From positions 416,001 through 480,000 of the forward strand of contig OZ253496.1 of the NCBI GenBank assembly GCA_965262115.1: DNA of 64,000 nt, in the 5' to 3' direction. Under the pieces are notes generated by a model that was given only the letters and a program-made list of their open reading frames with translations, searched no databases and was not told where the DNA came from. Both the position numbers and the translations under genes were made by a program. This DNA comes from Nitrospinales bacterium. GTDB taxonomy: Bacteria; Nitrospinota; Nitrospinia; Nitrospinales; VA-1. Positions 8,706 to 17,970 of this stretch are shown here, in pieces; the first letter of the stretch is position 1, and every line of letters starts with the position of its first letter.

Positions 8706-10820
8706 TCATCGGTGGCTGAATTGCGGTATTTGTGGCAGTTTTTTCCATTTGTTGAAGTAGTAGCGGATTCTGCCGTCTTTGGTGGGGTAAATCCTTTCAT
8801 ACCTTTTCTCACCACCCTCTTCTGCCTCAACTATCACGATCTTTTTGTCGAGAAGTTGGGTGGATTTCGCCACATAAAGAAACGTATAAGGCTGATCGTG
8901 GGCGATCATGCGATGCAGTTCCCGCGCCATGGTGATTTGCTTAGTCCGGTCATATTCCCGGCGGATTCTTGTGATCAGCCTGTCCGCCTCCTCATTCTTA
9001 TAACCGACAAAATTCAACTGGCGGGGTCCCGCCTGGCTCGAATGCCAGATCTGGTACAGATCCGGATCGATGCCCATGCTCCACCCTAAAACCAGTGCAT
9101 CGTATTTGAGGGCATTCACAAAATCTTTGAGGAACACGGCCCACTCGAAAAGCTGGGTGTTGCATTTGATACCGATCTTGCGCCAGCTTTCCTGCACGAT
9201 GGTAAGGATATTTTTGCGCACCGGGTTGCCGCTGTTGGTGATGAGGTTGAACTCGAAGATTTTACCGTCTTTTTCCAACCATCCCTCTGCATTCTTCTTC
9301 CACCCTTTATTGTTGAGGATCGCCAGTGCCCCTTCGGGGTCGTACGCAAGTGGTTTTACTTCGGCGTCATACCAGTCGGTGATTTTCGGGTAAGGTCCGG
9401 TCACCCTCTCGCCTTCGCCGTAAAGGATGTATTGTATGATCGGGTCAATGTCTATCGCCATACCGAGGGCCACGCGTATATCTCTATCCGCAAACAAGGG
9501 ATTGCGCAGGTTATACCCTATATAGGAATAGAAATAGCCGAGGCTGGAAAAGCTCTGGTATTTGTCTTCTTTGGAAAACCGCGCCACCTGATGCGGCTGC
9601 ACGGAGTAGTTATCGACCGCCCCGGCATAGAACTCCATCTCGGACGTCAAACTATCAGGAATGATGCGCATGACATATTCTTGGTATTCGGGTGCGCCGT
9701 CCCAATAGTTATCATTGCGGGTCAGACGTATCTGCTCGTCAGACTGCCACTCGGCGAACTTGAAGGGTCCGGTTCCTATTGGATGTCGGCCAAAGTTGCT
9801 GTCCCTCATGATGAAGGCTTCGGCATCGCGCCCTCTTTCGTTGGCTTCGGCGAGGAGTTTTTGTGGGTTGAGCAGATGTTCGGGCAGGATGCCCATGCTC
9901 CACGAGTTGATCGCCGGTGAGAACAGGCGTTTGTAAGTGAAGCGGATTTTATACGGTCCCAGCACCGTGGCATTTTTTACCGGTTCGTAATCGGATTTCC
10001 GTGGCGAGGTTCCCTTTGGGTTCATGATTGAATTATAGGTGAACAACACATCGCCGGAATCGAACGGGTGGCCGTCGTGAAAGGTGACGTCTTTTCTGAG
10101 CTCGAAAACGATGACCGGGTTGTGTTCGGTGAGCGGCAGTATTTCTTTGTAATGGGCTTGCAGTTTTTCCTGGTTGGCCGGTTCGTCAGCGCGGATGAAT
10201 TTATCGTAAGGAAACTTATTGAAATAGTCTTCGCTCAACCATTGCTGGATGGGAGTGAAGAAATCCTGATCGATTTTTTCGAGGGTGAATTTCAGTCGCG
10301 GCGGCTGGTGCACGGTGTAGGGGATTTTGCCCGGCTCAGCTTTTGGGTCCGATTGAGGCAGTTTAATTTCTCCCTGCACAATTTTTCCGGGGATGACTTC
10401 GATGGAGCGCAGGTTTTTGGTCCATGCCTTGTTGTGCTGAAGTGCGGCAAGCAGGGTGTTGGGCCAGTCTGCCACGGTGTCGTCGATAGTGCCTCCGGGT
10501 AAAAAGGTGGATGTGTTGAGTGTCAGGGTGGCTTCTTCGAATTGGGTCCATGATTTGGCAAGCCGGGGGCGATATTTCAGGTTTTGGTCGAGGTCAATGA
10601 GTCCGTCAAAAACCAGATCATTGATGGAACTGGAGGAGGTATCGGCGCTTAAAATCGGGTTTAATAGATGCGCATCGCCGCTGGAGCCCTGGACATATTT
10701 GACCAGCCGGGCCGGGTTGCCCACTGCCTGTTTATCGTATGTGGGCACCCAGAAAAAGGATTGCAGGAGAAACAGGACCAGCGCAATGGGGAGATAGATA
10801 AGAATTCTTTTGACAATCAT
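8706..10820 (-). CDS. Peptide/oligopeptide ABC transporter substrate-binding protein (family 5) with a large internal insertion
   Basis: LVFDGL..RLAKSW, LRKDVTFHDGHPFDSGDVLFTY, PIGTGPFKF, YIGYNL; N-terminal hydrophobic anchor. Confidence 0.9.
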   Translation of the reverse strand: MIVKRILIYLPIALVLFLLQSFFWVPTYDKQAVGNPARLVKYVQGSSGDAHLLNPILSADTSSSSINDLVFDGLIDLDQNLKYRPRLAKSWTQFEEATLTLNTSTFLPGGTIDDTVADWPNTLLAALQHNKAWTKNLRSIEVIPGKIVQGEIKLPQSDPKAEPGKIPYTVHQPPRLKFTLEKIDQDFFTPIQQWLSEDYFNKFPYDKFIRADEPANQEKLQAHYKEILPLTEHNPVIVFELRKDVTFHDGHPFDSGDVLFTYNSIMNPKGTSPRKSDYEPVKNATVLGPYKIRFTYKRLFSPAINSWSMGILPEHLLNPQKLLAEANERGRDAEAFIMRDSNFGRHPIGTGPFKFAEWQSDEQIRLTRNDNYWDGAPEYQEYVMRIIPDSLTSEMEFYAGAVDNYSVQPHQVARFSKEDKYQSFSSLGYFYSYIGYNLRNPLFADRDIRVALGMAIDIDPIIQYILYGEGERVTGPYPKITDWYDAEVKPLAYDPEGALAILNNKGWKKNAEGWLEKDGKIFEFNLITNSGNPVRKNILTIVQESWRKIGIKCNTQLFEWAVFLKDFVNALKYDALVLGWSMGIDPDLYQIWHSSQAGPRQLNFVGYKNEEADRLITRIRREYDRTKQITMARELHRMIAHDQPYTFLYVAKSTQLLDKKIVIVEAEEGGEKRYERIYPTKDGRIRYYFNKWKKLPQIPQFSHR

Positions 10821-11117
10821 AATGAAATCATATCAAATCAATGGAGGAAACAGGGTTAATTTTCGCCAGAAAGCGCCGATAAAGGAGACAAGTTAGTTTC
10901 TTGTAAAGCTTTGTGGATCAATGGTGAACCTGTGGTTTTTCAAGGGCATTTCCAATTCGGGCTGTTTTCCAAAAAAAACTTGACTTGCTCTGAAATTGAC
11001 TATAGTTTGGAGCACCTTTAAGAAAACGGTTGCACTTTAAATTTAAAACGTAATTTTGCGGTTAACTATATAATTCAGTTCTTTTGAGATCACTAACCAC
11101 TTAGAAGGAAAAACAAG

Positions 11118-11444
11118 ATGTCGACACTTATCACTGACGAATGTATCAATTGTGGCGTATGCGAACCAGAATGTCCTAACACGGCGATCAGCGAAGGCGA
11201 AGATTTTTATGAAATCGAAGCGGATCTTTGTACCGAGTGTGTAGGGTTTCATGGCGAAGAAGCCTGCCAGGAGGTTTGTCCGGTTGACTGTTGTATTCCC
11301 AATGAGGAACATAAAGAGACAGAAGAAGATCTGTTGGAAAAAGCGAGGAAAATTCATCCTGATGAAACTTTTCCGTCAACTGATGAACTGACCAACGAGA
11401 CTTCTCTTTTCCGCAATCCAGATCGGAAAAACGCAAACCTGTAG
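11118..11444 (+). CDS. 2[4Fe-4S] ferredoxin, YfhL-like
   Basis: CINCGVCEPECP and CTECVGFH...CQEVCPVDC. Confidence 0.93.
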   Translation: MSTLITDECINCGVCEPECPNTAISEGEDFYEIEADLCTECVGFHGEEACQEVCPVDCCIPNEEHKETEEDLLEKARKIHPDETFPSTDELTNETSLFRNPDRKNANL

Positions 11445-11583
11445 TTCTCAAACATGCGGGCTCTGGGCTTGGGCAAGTCCCCCAAAAGGCCCGTTTCTTT
11501 TCTTCAGAAGATGCAGTGTTGGGCCTCTGGCGCTTGACAACGCGTCTCACATCAGTAATAGTTCAATAATTATTCAGTATCGT

Positions 11584-11660
<77 letters not shown>

Positions 11661-11671
11661 ATATTATGAGG

Positions 11672-11704
11672 CATCTATGGGAATCAACCCGTAGGTGATT
11701 TTTT
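11672..11704 (+). terminator. Putative intrinsic terminator after tRNA-fMet
   Basis: catctatggg/cccgtaggtg stem (with G-U pairs) followed by a T-run. Confidence 0.6.
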
Positions 11705-11803
11705 GCTTTCGGATTCTACTTGCCAACTTGTTGCTAAAGTTTTTGAAACAGAAATAAGGCAAATAATATGTGATAGGCTATTTAAAAAAGACGGTTTTTT
11801 ATT

Positions 11804-12333
11804 ATGACAGAAATAATAACTTCATTATCTTTAGCTGAACTGATTGCTTCATTGGCTTTACTTGTTGCGCTAAGTTCATTTTCTTATACGCGACGTGCCA
11901 TTAAAACCTCGTTAAAGCCCGATCTGGTTTTGGAGCATGACTTTAAATCGCCGGAAAAAATGCGAATCCGGGTAAGAAATGATGGCATAGGGCCAGCAAA
12001 AATTATTAAAGTTAAAGTTTCTTTAAAGGGGTTTTCAAAAAACATAATCATGATACCGGGTGGAAATATGTTACATACCAACGGAAGCCCTTGGGAGTTG
12101 AGTTTGACAACTATGGGCTTAAACCGGGAGACACTCTCATTTCCAGAAAAGAAATAAGTTTAATAAAGTTAAGCACCAGTGGTGCCCTGGGGAAGATTGA
12201 GAAGGAAGTGAAGAACTTTCTCCTATATGCAAGCGATCTAAAGTTTGAAATAAAATATTAATCCTACGACAAGGGAATGCAGGAATCCGTAACGTGGGAT
12301 GGCCCAAAAAAAAACCTGTTTGGTAAATTTTGA
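11804..12333 (+). pseudogene. Decayed AT-rich membrane-anchored hypothetical gene (frameshift near 12120, in-frame stop at 12259-12261)
   Basis: ORF 11804-12157 (N-terminal TM, RNDGIGPAKI) continues in another frame as KPGDTLISRKEISLIKL...DLKFEIKY*SYDKG...GKF*. Confidence 0.55.
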
Positions 12334-12654
12334 TCTCCGTTTCGATGTAGTTATATAAGTAACCCTTTATATTAAAGGCCAAAAAGAGGACGATAAGGAT
12401 ATAGAGATTACCGACCTCGAAGGCTTCTCTCCCCGCACATGGACAACCGTGGATTATGAAGCAGGAGGCAGATACTCGGCCTATTACCTCCCCCACCTGA
12501 ATTTCAAGGCTCTCATCACATCCATACAATGGGGAAAAGGCCCACAATCGGGAAGCAGTCCATGAAATTCACTATATGGGAATAAACCTGTTTAAATTCC
12601 TATCATTTTATTGAGAGATATTTAAGGAGCGGCGCATGGCTCGTATAGTTGCGA

Positions 12655-12912
12655 TTATGAGTCAAACTTTAGTTTCATAACCAGAATTGTTAAAGCTAAA
12701 ACCAAAGTGACCGCGTTCCAGAATATCATGGGAGTTTCCTGAAGTAAAAACCCATAAACCAGCCAGCACATTACCCCCGCACTAAAAACAGAAAACATCC
12801 CTAAAGAAAGGTCAGAGGCCGATCTGCTTTTCCATGTCTTCATCACCTGTGGCAGAAAAGAAATAGTCGTTAAAAATCCTGCGAAATACCCCAATATAGT
12901 GGTCGTTCTCAT
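12655..12912 (-). CDS. SemiSWEET / PQ-loop transporter
   Basis: LTTISFLPQV PQ motif, DLSLGM, WLVYG, three TM helices. Confidence 0.9.
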   Translation of the reverse strand: MRTTTILGYFAGFLTTISFLPQVMKTWKSRSASDLSLGMFSVFSAGVMCWLVYGFLLQETPMIFWNAVTLVLALTILVMKLKFDS

Positions 12913-12936
12913 TTCATTAAGCCTCAAAATTTCAAG

Positions 12937-13380
12937 TTAATTTCTTCGAATCAAAAAGAATCCGCCAACCAGCAAAAAGACACCAAGCAGTCGGACTGCA
13001 TTCATTTTTTGTACGGGAAAACCGAGCCATCCATAATGGTCGATCAAGACCGAAGCGATTAACTGGCCAGCAAGCAGTATTCCGATCAGAGCGAGCGCTC
13101 CAATTTTTGGACCAGCAATTATGGAACCCAAAACCACCGCGGCACCTATGAGGCCTCCTGTCCATAGCCAGACAGGCATGGCGGCAATTGGCCCAACCGC
13201 TGGGAAAGGGACTCTTAAAAACACGACACTTGCTAAAAGGCATATTGCTCCCACAGCGAATGAAATCAATGCCGCCAGCACCGGGCTGTTGACAAACCGA
13301 GCCAGTTCCGCATTAATGCCGACTTGTACGGGCAACAGGAACCCCACAAAAAATGCCAGCGAAGTATAAAGATAATTCAT
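12937..13380 (-). CDS. DMT-family (YdcZ-like) inner-membrane protein
   Basis: QVGINAEL, WLWTGGLIGA, GQLIASVLIDHYGWLG. Confidence 0.9.
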   Translation of the reverse strand: MNYLYTSLAFFVGFLLPVQVGINAELARFVNSPVLAALISFAVGAICLLASVVFLRVPFPAVGPIAAMPVWLWTGGLIGAAVVLGSIIAGPKIGALALIGILLAGQLIASVLIDHYGWLGFPVQKMNAVRLLGVFLLVGGFFLIRRN

Positions 13381-13408
13381 AGTGCCTCCGTCAAAAAAAC
13401 CAGTTTTG

Positions 13409-13732
13409 CTATTCTTCCGCCAACTCTTCTGCCAGCTCAATGATCAGCTTGAGGAAACCTATAAGGCGCAGTCGATCATCATCACCCTCGTCATTGTCAT
13501 CGTCATCCATATCCTTCAGCCAGTTTTCATAACCATATTGCACCAGTTGAGTTCTTCCTGAGAATCCATTTCCCCGGTCAGCCTGAAGATCGCTCAGGCA
13601 TAAAAATTCTTCCTTAGCCTGGTTACTGACTTCGGAAAAACTTTCAGGGCCATGGATATATCTATAAACCGTAGAGGTTTTGGGCAAGTGTTGTGACAAT
13701 TCAATTAAAATGGGATGCGTTTGAGAATTCAT
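13409..13732 (-). CDS. Hypothetical protein (acidic C-terminal patch)
   Basis: Protein-like ORF co-oriented with the two downstream transporter genes; no recognised motif. Confidence 0.6.
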   Translation of the reverse strand: MNSQTHPILIELSQHLPKTSTVYRYIHGPESFSEVSNQAKEEFLCLSDLQADRGNGFSGRTQLVQYGYENWLKDMDDDDNDEGDDDRLRLIGFLKLIIELAEELAEE

Positions 13733-13864
13733 GATATATAAAGGTAATAGGTTGTAATGAGTTAAGGTATTCTTCGACTTAAGTTGCAAGAAAAAAAATT
13801 TAAACCATTATAGGGCACTTTTATTTCCAAGGCCTTCCTATATTTCAATGAAAGGGCTAAAAAT

Positions 13865-15217
13865 ATGCTGGCACGAAACAGAACCTTGAATCACGACGAA
13901 TTTATGGAAGGATTGATCAAAAGAAATCCTGGAGAAATTGAATTCCATCAGGCAGTTGAAGAAGTTGCCGCCAGCGTTATTCCTTTCATCAATGATCACC
14001 CTAAATACATCGAAAATCAAATTCTCGAGCGAATGACCGAGCCGGACCGGACGATCATTTTCCGGGTTTCTTGGGAAGATGATGAAGGGCATATCCGTAC
14101 CAACCACGGTTACCGAGTACAATTCAACAACGCCATTGGACCTTATAAGGGCGGCCTCCGCTTTCACCCCTCTGTCAACTTAAGCATCCTCAAGTTTCTG
14201 GGTTTTGAACAAACATTCAAAAACAGCCTGACCACTCTTCCCATGGGCTCAGGAAAAGGCGGGTCGGATTTTAACCCCAAGGGGAAGTCCGAGCGGGAAA
14301 TCATGCGCTTTTGTCAGGCATTTATGACAGAACTCTCCAAGCATATCGGTGAAAACGTGGATGTTCCTGCCGGAGATATTGGGGTGGGTGCAAGGGAAAT
14401 CAGTTTTATGTTTGGTCAATATAAGCGTCTGCAAAATGAGTTCACAGGGACTTTGACCGGAAAGGCCCTTGAATTCGGAGGAAGCCTGATACGAAAAGAA
14501 GCCACGGGCTATGGTTGTGCCTATTTCATGGAGGAAATGCTGAAACATCAGGGCGACTCCATCGAAGGAAAAACCTGTCTGGTCTCAGGCTCCGGTAATG
14601 TCGCACAATTTGCTGCTCAGAAAATAATGCATTTGGGAGGAAAAGTCGTAACCCTTTCCGACTCCTTGGGGTTTATTCACGATCCTGATGGGCTCAATGA
14701 AGAAAAGCTGGAATACATCATCGATTTAAAAACCAACCGCCGGGGAAGAATCTCTGAATACGCTGAAAAGTTCAAATGCAAATTCTATAAAGATAAAAGA
14801 CCTTGGTCCTTAAAGGGAGACCTGGCATTTCCTTGTGCCACTCAAAACGAAATCGAATTAGAGGATGCCAAACATCTGGTAAAAAATGGTTTTAAGGCCC
14901 TCTCGGAAGGTGCTAACATGCCCACCACTCATGAAGCGGTTAAGGCCTTGCTTAAAGCTAAAATCATCTTCGCGCCGGGAAAAGCCGCCAATGCGGGAGG
15001 CGTTTCAGTATCCGGACTCGAAATGACGCAAAACAGCATTCGCCTGGCATGGGAACGGGAAGAACTGGAGGAACGCTTGAGAACTATCATGCATGCTATC
15101 CACCAGCAATGCATTGACTATGGAACCGAAAAAGATCACGTTGATTATGTTAAAGGAGCCAACCTTGCAGGCTTTGTAAAAGTCGCCGACGCAATGGTTG
15201 CTTATGGCGTGATCTAG
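13865..15217 (+). CDS. gdhA: NADP-specific glutamate dehydrogenase
   Basis: GPYKGGLRFHPSVN, DVPAGDIGVG, EATGYG, SGSGNVAQ, PGKAANAGGV. Confidence 0.97.
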   Translation: MLARNRTLNHDEFMEGLIKRNPGEIEFHQAVEEVAASVIPFINDHPKYIENQILERMTEPDRTIIFRVSWEDDEGHIRTNHGYRVQFNNAIGPYKGGLRFHPSVNLSILKFLGFEQTFKNSLTTLPMGSGKGGSDFNPKGKSEREIMRFCQAFMTELSKHIGENVDVPAGDIGVGAREISFMFGQYKRLQNEFTGTLTGKALEFGGSLIRKEATGYGCAYFMEEMLKHQGDSIEGKTCLVSGSGNVAQFAAQKIMHLGGKVVTLSDSLGFIHDPDGLNEEKLEYIIDLKTNRRGRISEYAEKFKCKFYKDKRPWSLKGDLAFPCATQNEIELEDAKHLVKNGFKALSEGANMPTTHEAVKALLKAKIIFAPGKAANAGGVSVSGLEMTQNSIRLAWEREELEERLRTIMHAIHQQCIDYGTEKDHVDYVKGANLAGFVKVADAMVAYGVI

Positions 15218-15288
15218 TTGTAAAACCGTAACCCAATTCATTAAGCCACGTTTCAGCTATTCAAACATCAAAATCAGGACTATCACCT

Positions 15289-15792
15289 ATGGCCTCCAAA
15301 AGTTCATCTTTTGACATTGTTTCCACAACCGATATGGCAGAGGTTCAAAACGCCTGCAACCAGACCATGCTTGAAATTAGACAGCGATTTGATTTCAAGG
15401 GAAGCAAAAGCAAGGTCGACCTGGATATGAAAAAGGCCCAGGTCACCATTCTTGCAGATGATGGCCACAAACTTAAATCTGTCATCGATATTTTGCAAAG
15501 CAAGCTGATCAAAAGAAAGGTATCGATTAAAGCATTGGAATATGGAAATGTTGAACCCGCTTCAGGAGATACCGTCCGACAGGTCATTACTATCCAACAG
15601 GGAATTCCTCAGGATAAGGGAAAGGAAATCATGAAATTTATAAAAGGCCTGGGCTTAAAAAAAATCCAAGCTCAGATAACGGATGATCAGGTTCGTGTGT
15701 CTGGAAAGGATAAAGATGACCTGCAATCGGTCATAGCAAATCTGAAGGAGAAAGACTTCGGAATCGATATGTCATTCACGAACTACCGATAA
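15289..15792 (+). CDS. yajQ: YajQ family nucleotide-binding protein
   Basis: [31 protein letters not shown]-terminus. Confidence 0.95.
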   Translation: MASKSSSFDIVSTTDMAEVQNACNQTMLEIRQRFDFKGSKSKVDLDMKKAQVTILADDGHKLKSVIDILQSKLIKRKVSIKALEYGNVEPASGDTVRQVITIQQGIPQDKGKEIMKFIKGLGLKKIQAQITDDQVRVSGKDKDDLQSVIANLKEKDFGIDMSFTNYR

Positions 15793-15800
15793 AGCGCAGT

Positions 15801-16370
15801 TCAAACAAAACCTAAAAGTTCCAGGATTTTTTTGCCAAAAATTTTTCCACCGGAATCCTCCCCAGCAGTCACAATTTGATTTGAAAAAATAAGTGGTTCT
15901 TCAACAGCAACAACCCCCGCATCTTCCAGTTCTCGGATACAACCTTCGTGGGCTGGGGCCGATGCCTCTTGGCGGGTAAGCAATCCAGCCCGAGCCAAAG
16001 AAACGACTGATAGGCCTAAGGCACCCACCACTTTACCAGCCCGAAAATGATCGGTTAAAATTTGCGGAAGAATCGGGTCATTCCATATTGAATTTTTAGC
16101 ACCCTTCCCTCCCACCACCACCACAGCATCGTATTTTTTATTTGGCAAATATCTTTTATCCCAATCCGCTAAAATCCCATCGGGAATCAACCTTGTTTTC
16201 ATTTCCCCGACAGCCTCCTTTCCCGATTTTGAAAGGATAACCGTTTTCAGCGGTATCTCTTCAAAAACAGCTTTTAAGTCTAATAATTGCTGATCACAAA
16301 AACGATTTTGAGGAATAACCAGCAGGATAATTTTGGATTCTGGATGCACCACTTCCGTTCTAATCTCCAT
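15801..16370 (-). CDS. DJ-1/PfpI family protein
   Basis: YDAVVVVGGKGA, LARAGLL, IVTA motifs; lacks the usual nucleophile Cys. Confidence 0.8.
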   Translation of the reverse strand: MEIRTEVVHPESKIILLVIPQNRFCDQQLLDLKAVFEEIPLKTVILSKSGKEAVGEMKTRLIPDGILADWDKRYLPNKKYDAVVVVGGKGAKNSIWNDPILPQILTDHFRAGKVVGALGLSVVSLARAGLLTRQEASAPAHEGCIRELEDAGVVAVEEPLIFSNQIVTAGEDSGGKIFGKKILELLGFV

Positions 16371-16550
16371 CCATACTGCAATAATTAATTAATTTACTTG
16401 GAGTTACGATTCTAGGTCCAATTTGATCATAAAACTTGCACACCAGAGTAGTCATTTAAAAGACAGCACTTGCATCTTTGTTGAGTCTTGACAAGATTTT
16501 TAAACCTATGTTAAAGAACGATTGCTTACCATTCTTGGAAAGGGCGCACG

Positions 16551-16751
16551 ATGTCAAATGGAAAAGTAAAATGGTTCAGCAACCAAAAGGGTTATGGCTT
16601 CATCCAAACCAGTGAAGGAGAAGATGTGTTTGTGCATTTTTCCGCAATTCAATCTGAAGGATTCAAAACTTTGGGCCAAGGACAGGAAGTAGAGTTTGAA
16701 ATCGGAACGGGTCCCAAAGGCCCACAGGCTGAAAATGTTGTCGCCAAGTAA
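16551..16751 (+). CDS. Cold-shock protein (CspA family)
   Basis: GKVKWF, KGYGFI (RNP1), DVFVHFSAI (RNP2), GPQAENV. Confidence 0.97.
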   Translation: MSNGKVKWFSNQKGYGFIQTSEGEDVFVHFSAIQSEGFKTLGQGQEVEFEIGTGPKGPQAENVVAK

Positions 16752-16771
16752 ATCGGCAGTTCCTCTATAAC

Positions 16772-16797
16772 CCGGCAGAGTCCTCTGCCGGTTTTTT
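16772..16797 (+). terminator. Intrinsic terminator after the cold-shock gene
   Basis: ccggcaga-gtcc-tctgccgg followed by tttttt. Confidence 0.85.
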
Positions 16798-16848
16798 CAT
16801 TTTTGTCCTATAATCCAGATACCATTCCCCATTTTCTAAGGAGCCTTT

Positions 16849-17157
16849 ATGCCAATTCTAATGACAGCTCGCTACCAGGTCCGGCCTCATGCTGTTGACC
16901 GTTGTAAAAAAGCGATTCAGCTTTTAGCTGACCATGTTAAGGAAAATGAGGAAGAAACCCTCTTCTATATGGCGCAACAAGAAGTATTAAACCCCTATGC
17001 CTTTTTACACATTATGGTATTCAAGGATGAAGTGGCTTTGACCATGCACCGTTCTTCGAAAGCGGCCGAACATTTTGTCAACGTCCTATATCCTGAAACG
17101 ATAGACCCTCTTGAATTCAAGGAATATAATATGGTTGGCACAAACTTCAATTTTTAA
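16849..17157 (+). CDS. Antibiotic biosynthesis monooxygenase (ABM)-like dimeric alpha/beta barrel protein
   Basis: Size and pattern (ARYQV...NEEETLFY...FKDEVALTMHRSS); AAGGAG RBS. Confidence 0.7.
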   Translation: MPILMTARYQVRPHAVDRCKKAIQLLADHVKENEEETLFYMAQQEVLNPYAFLHIMVFKDEVALTMHRSSKAAEHFVNVLYPETIDPLEFKEYNMVGTNFNF

Positions 17158-17432
17158 ATATCATTAATATCTTTTAGAAGGCCTGCCAATTCTTCAAGGT
17201 TGCCTTCAAGACCGGGAGGAAGATTCATTTCACCCGGTTCCATATCCAAAAAATATTCACGTAGCTGATAATGCCGGTCAACCCGAATCCATCTTTTTCC
17301 GTCACCGGAAAGCTCGTCGGTTCCAAGCAGAACTTTTTTCCTGATGAAGGTGATCAGGTTCTCCGAGGACACATTAGAGACTTTGCTTGTGCCTCGACGA
17401 ATCATTACTACTTTTAGAGGTTTAGCGGACAT
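17154..17432 (-). CDS. Hypothetical protein
   Basis: Last ORF of the ileS-lspA run; DELSGDGKRWIRV is weakly GYF_2-like. Confidence 0.6.
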   Translation of the reverse strand: MSAKPLKVVMIRRGTSKVSNVSSENLITFIRKKVLLGTDELSGDGKRWIRVDRHYQLREYFLDMEPGEMNLPPGLEGNLEELAGLLKDINDI

Positions 17433-17457
17433 GGACAGAGAATTAAAAAACAGAGGA

Positions 17458-17970
17458 TTAAATAATATTAACCGAGGAGTCAGGGCGTGACTCCCCACGA
17501 AACAAGTCGGCGACCATTAAGGCTACGCCAATGGTTATGCAGGAATCGGCAACATTAAAAGCCGGAAAGTGATGTCCATTAATGAAAAAATCAACAAAAT
17601 CGATCACTTCACCGTGAAGAGTTCTATCGATCAGGTTGCCAATCGCTCCACTAAATATCAAAATCAACCCGGTTTGGACCAATTTTTTTTCTTTGGGTGT
17701 CTGGTGAAATATTACGAGGATCGCTATAATCGCAATAGTAGATATGGCTATGAACATCAGGACTTTGTACTCGAATTGCCGGCTCGCAAACAACCCAAAC
17801 GCCACCCCGGAATTTCGGATATGGGTCAGGTTAAAAAAGTCTTCAACCACCTGTATCGAATAATTGAGCGGAATATGAAGTGAAACCATGAACTTGGTAT
17901 ATTGATCCACTACGATCAAGGCACCGGATACAAAAAATAGCACAAAGTATTTATTTCTCAAACCTCTCAA
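17458..17970 (-). CDS. lspA: Lipoprotein signal peptidase II
   Basis: DQYTK, NSGVAFG, GAIGNLIDR, VIDF, FNVADSCI. Confidence 0.96.
   Translation of the reverse strand: MRGLRNKYFVLFFVSGALIVVDQYTKFMVSLHIPLNYSIQVVEDFFNLTHIRNSGVAFGLFASRQFEYKVLMFIAISTIAIIAILVIFHQTPKEKKLVQTGLILIFSGAIGNLIDRTLHGEVIDFVDFFINGHHFPAFNVADSCITIGVALMVADLFRGESRPDSSVNII

Noticed and set aside
520..8720. Short repeats as a CRISPR array
   Set aside because: Copies are dispersed, degenerate and in both orientations, with no regular spacers and no cas genes
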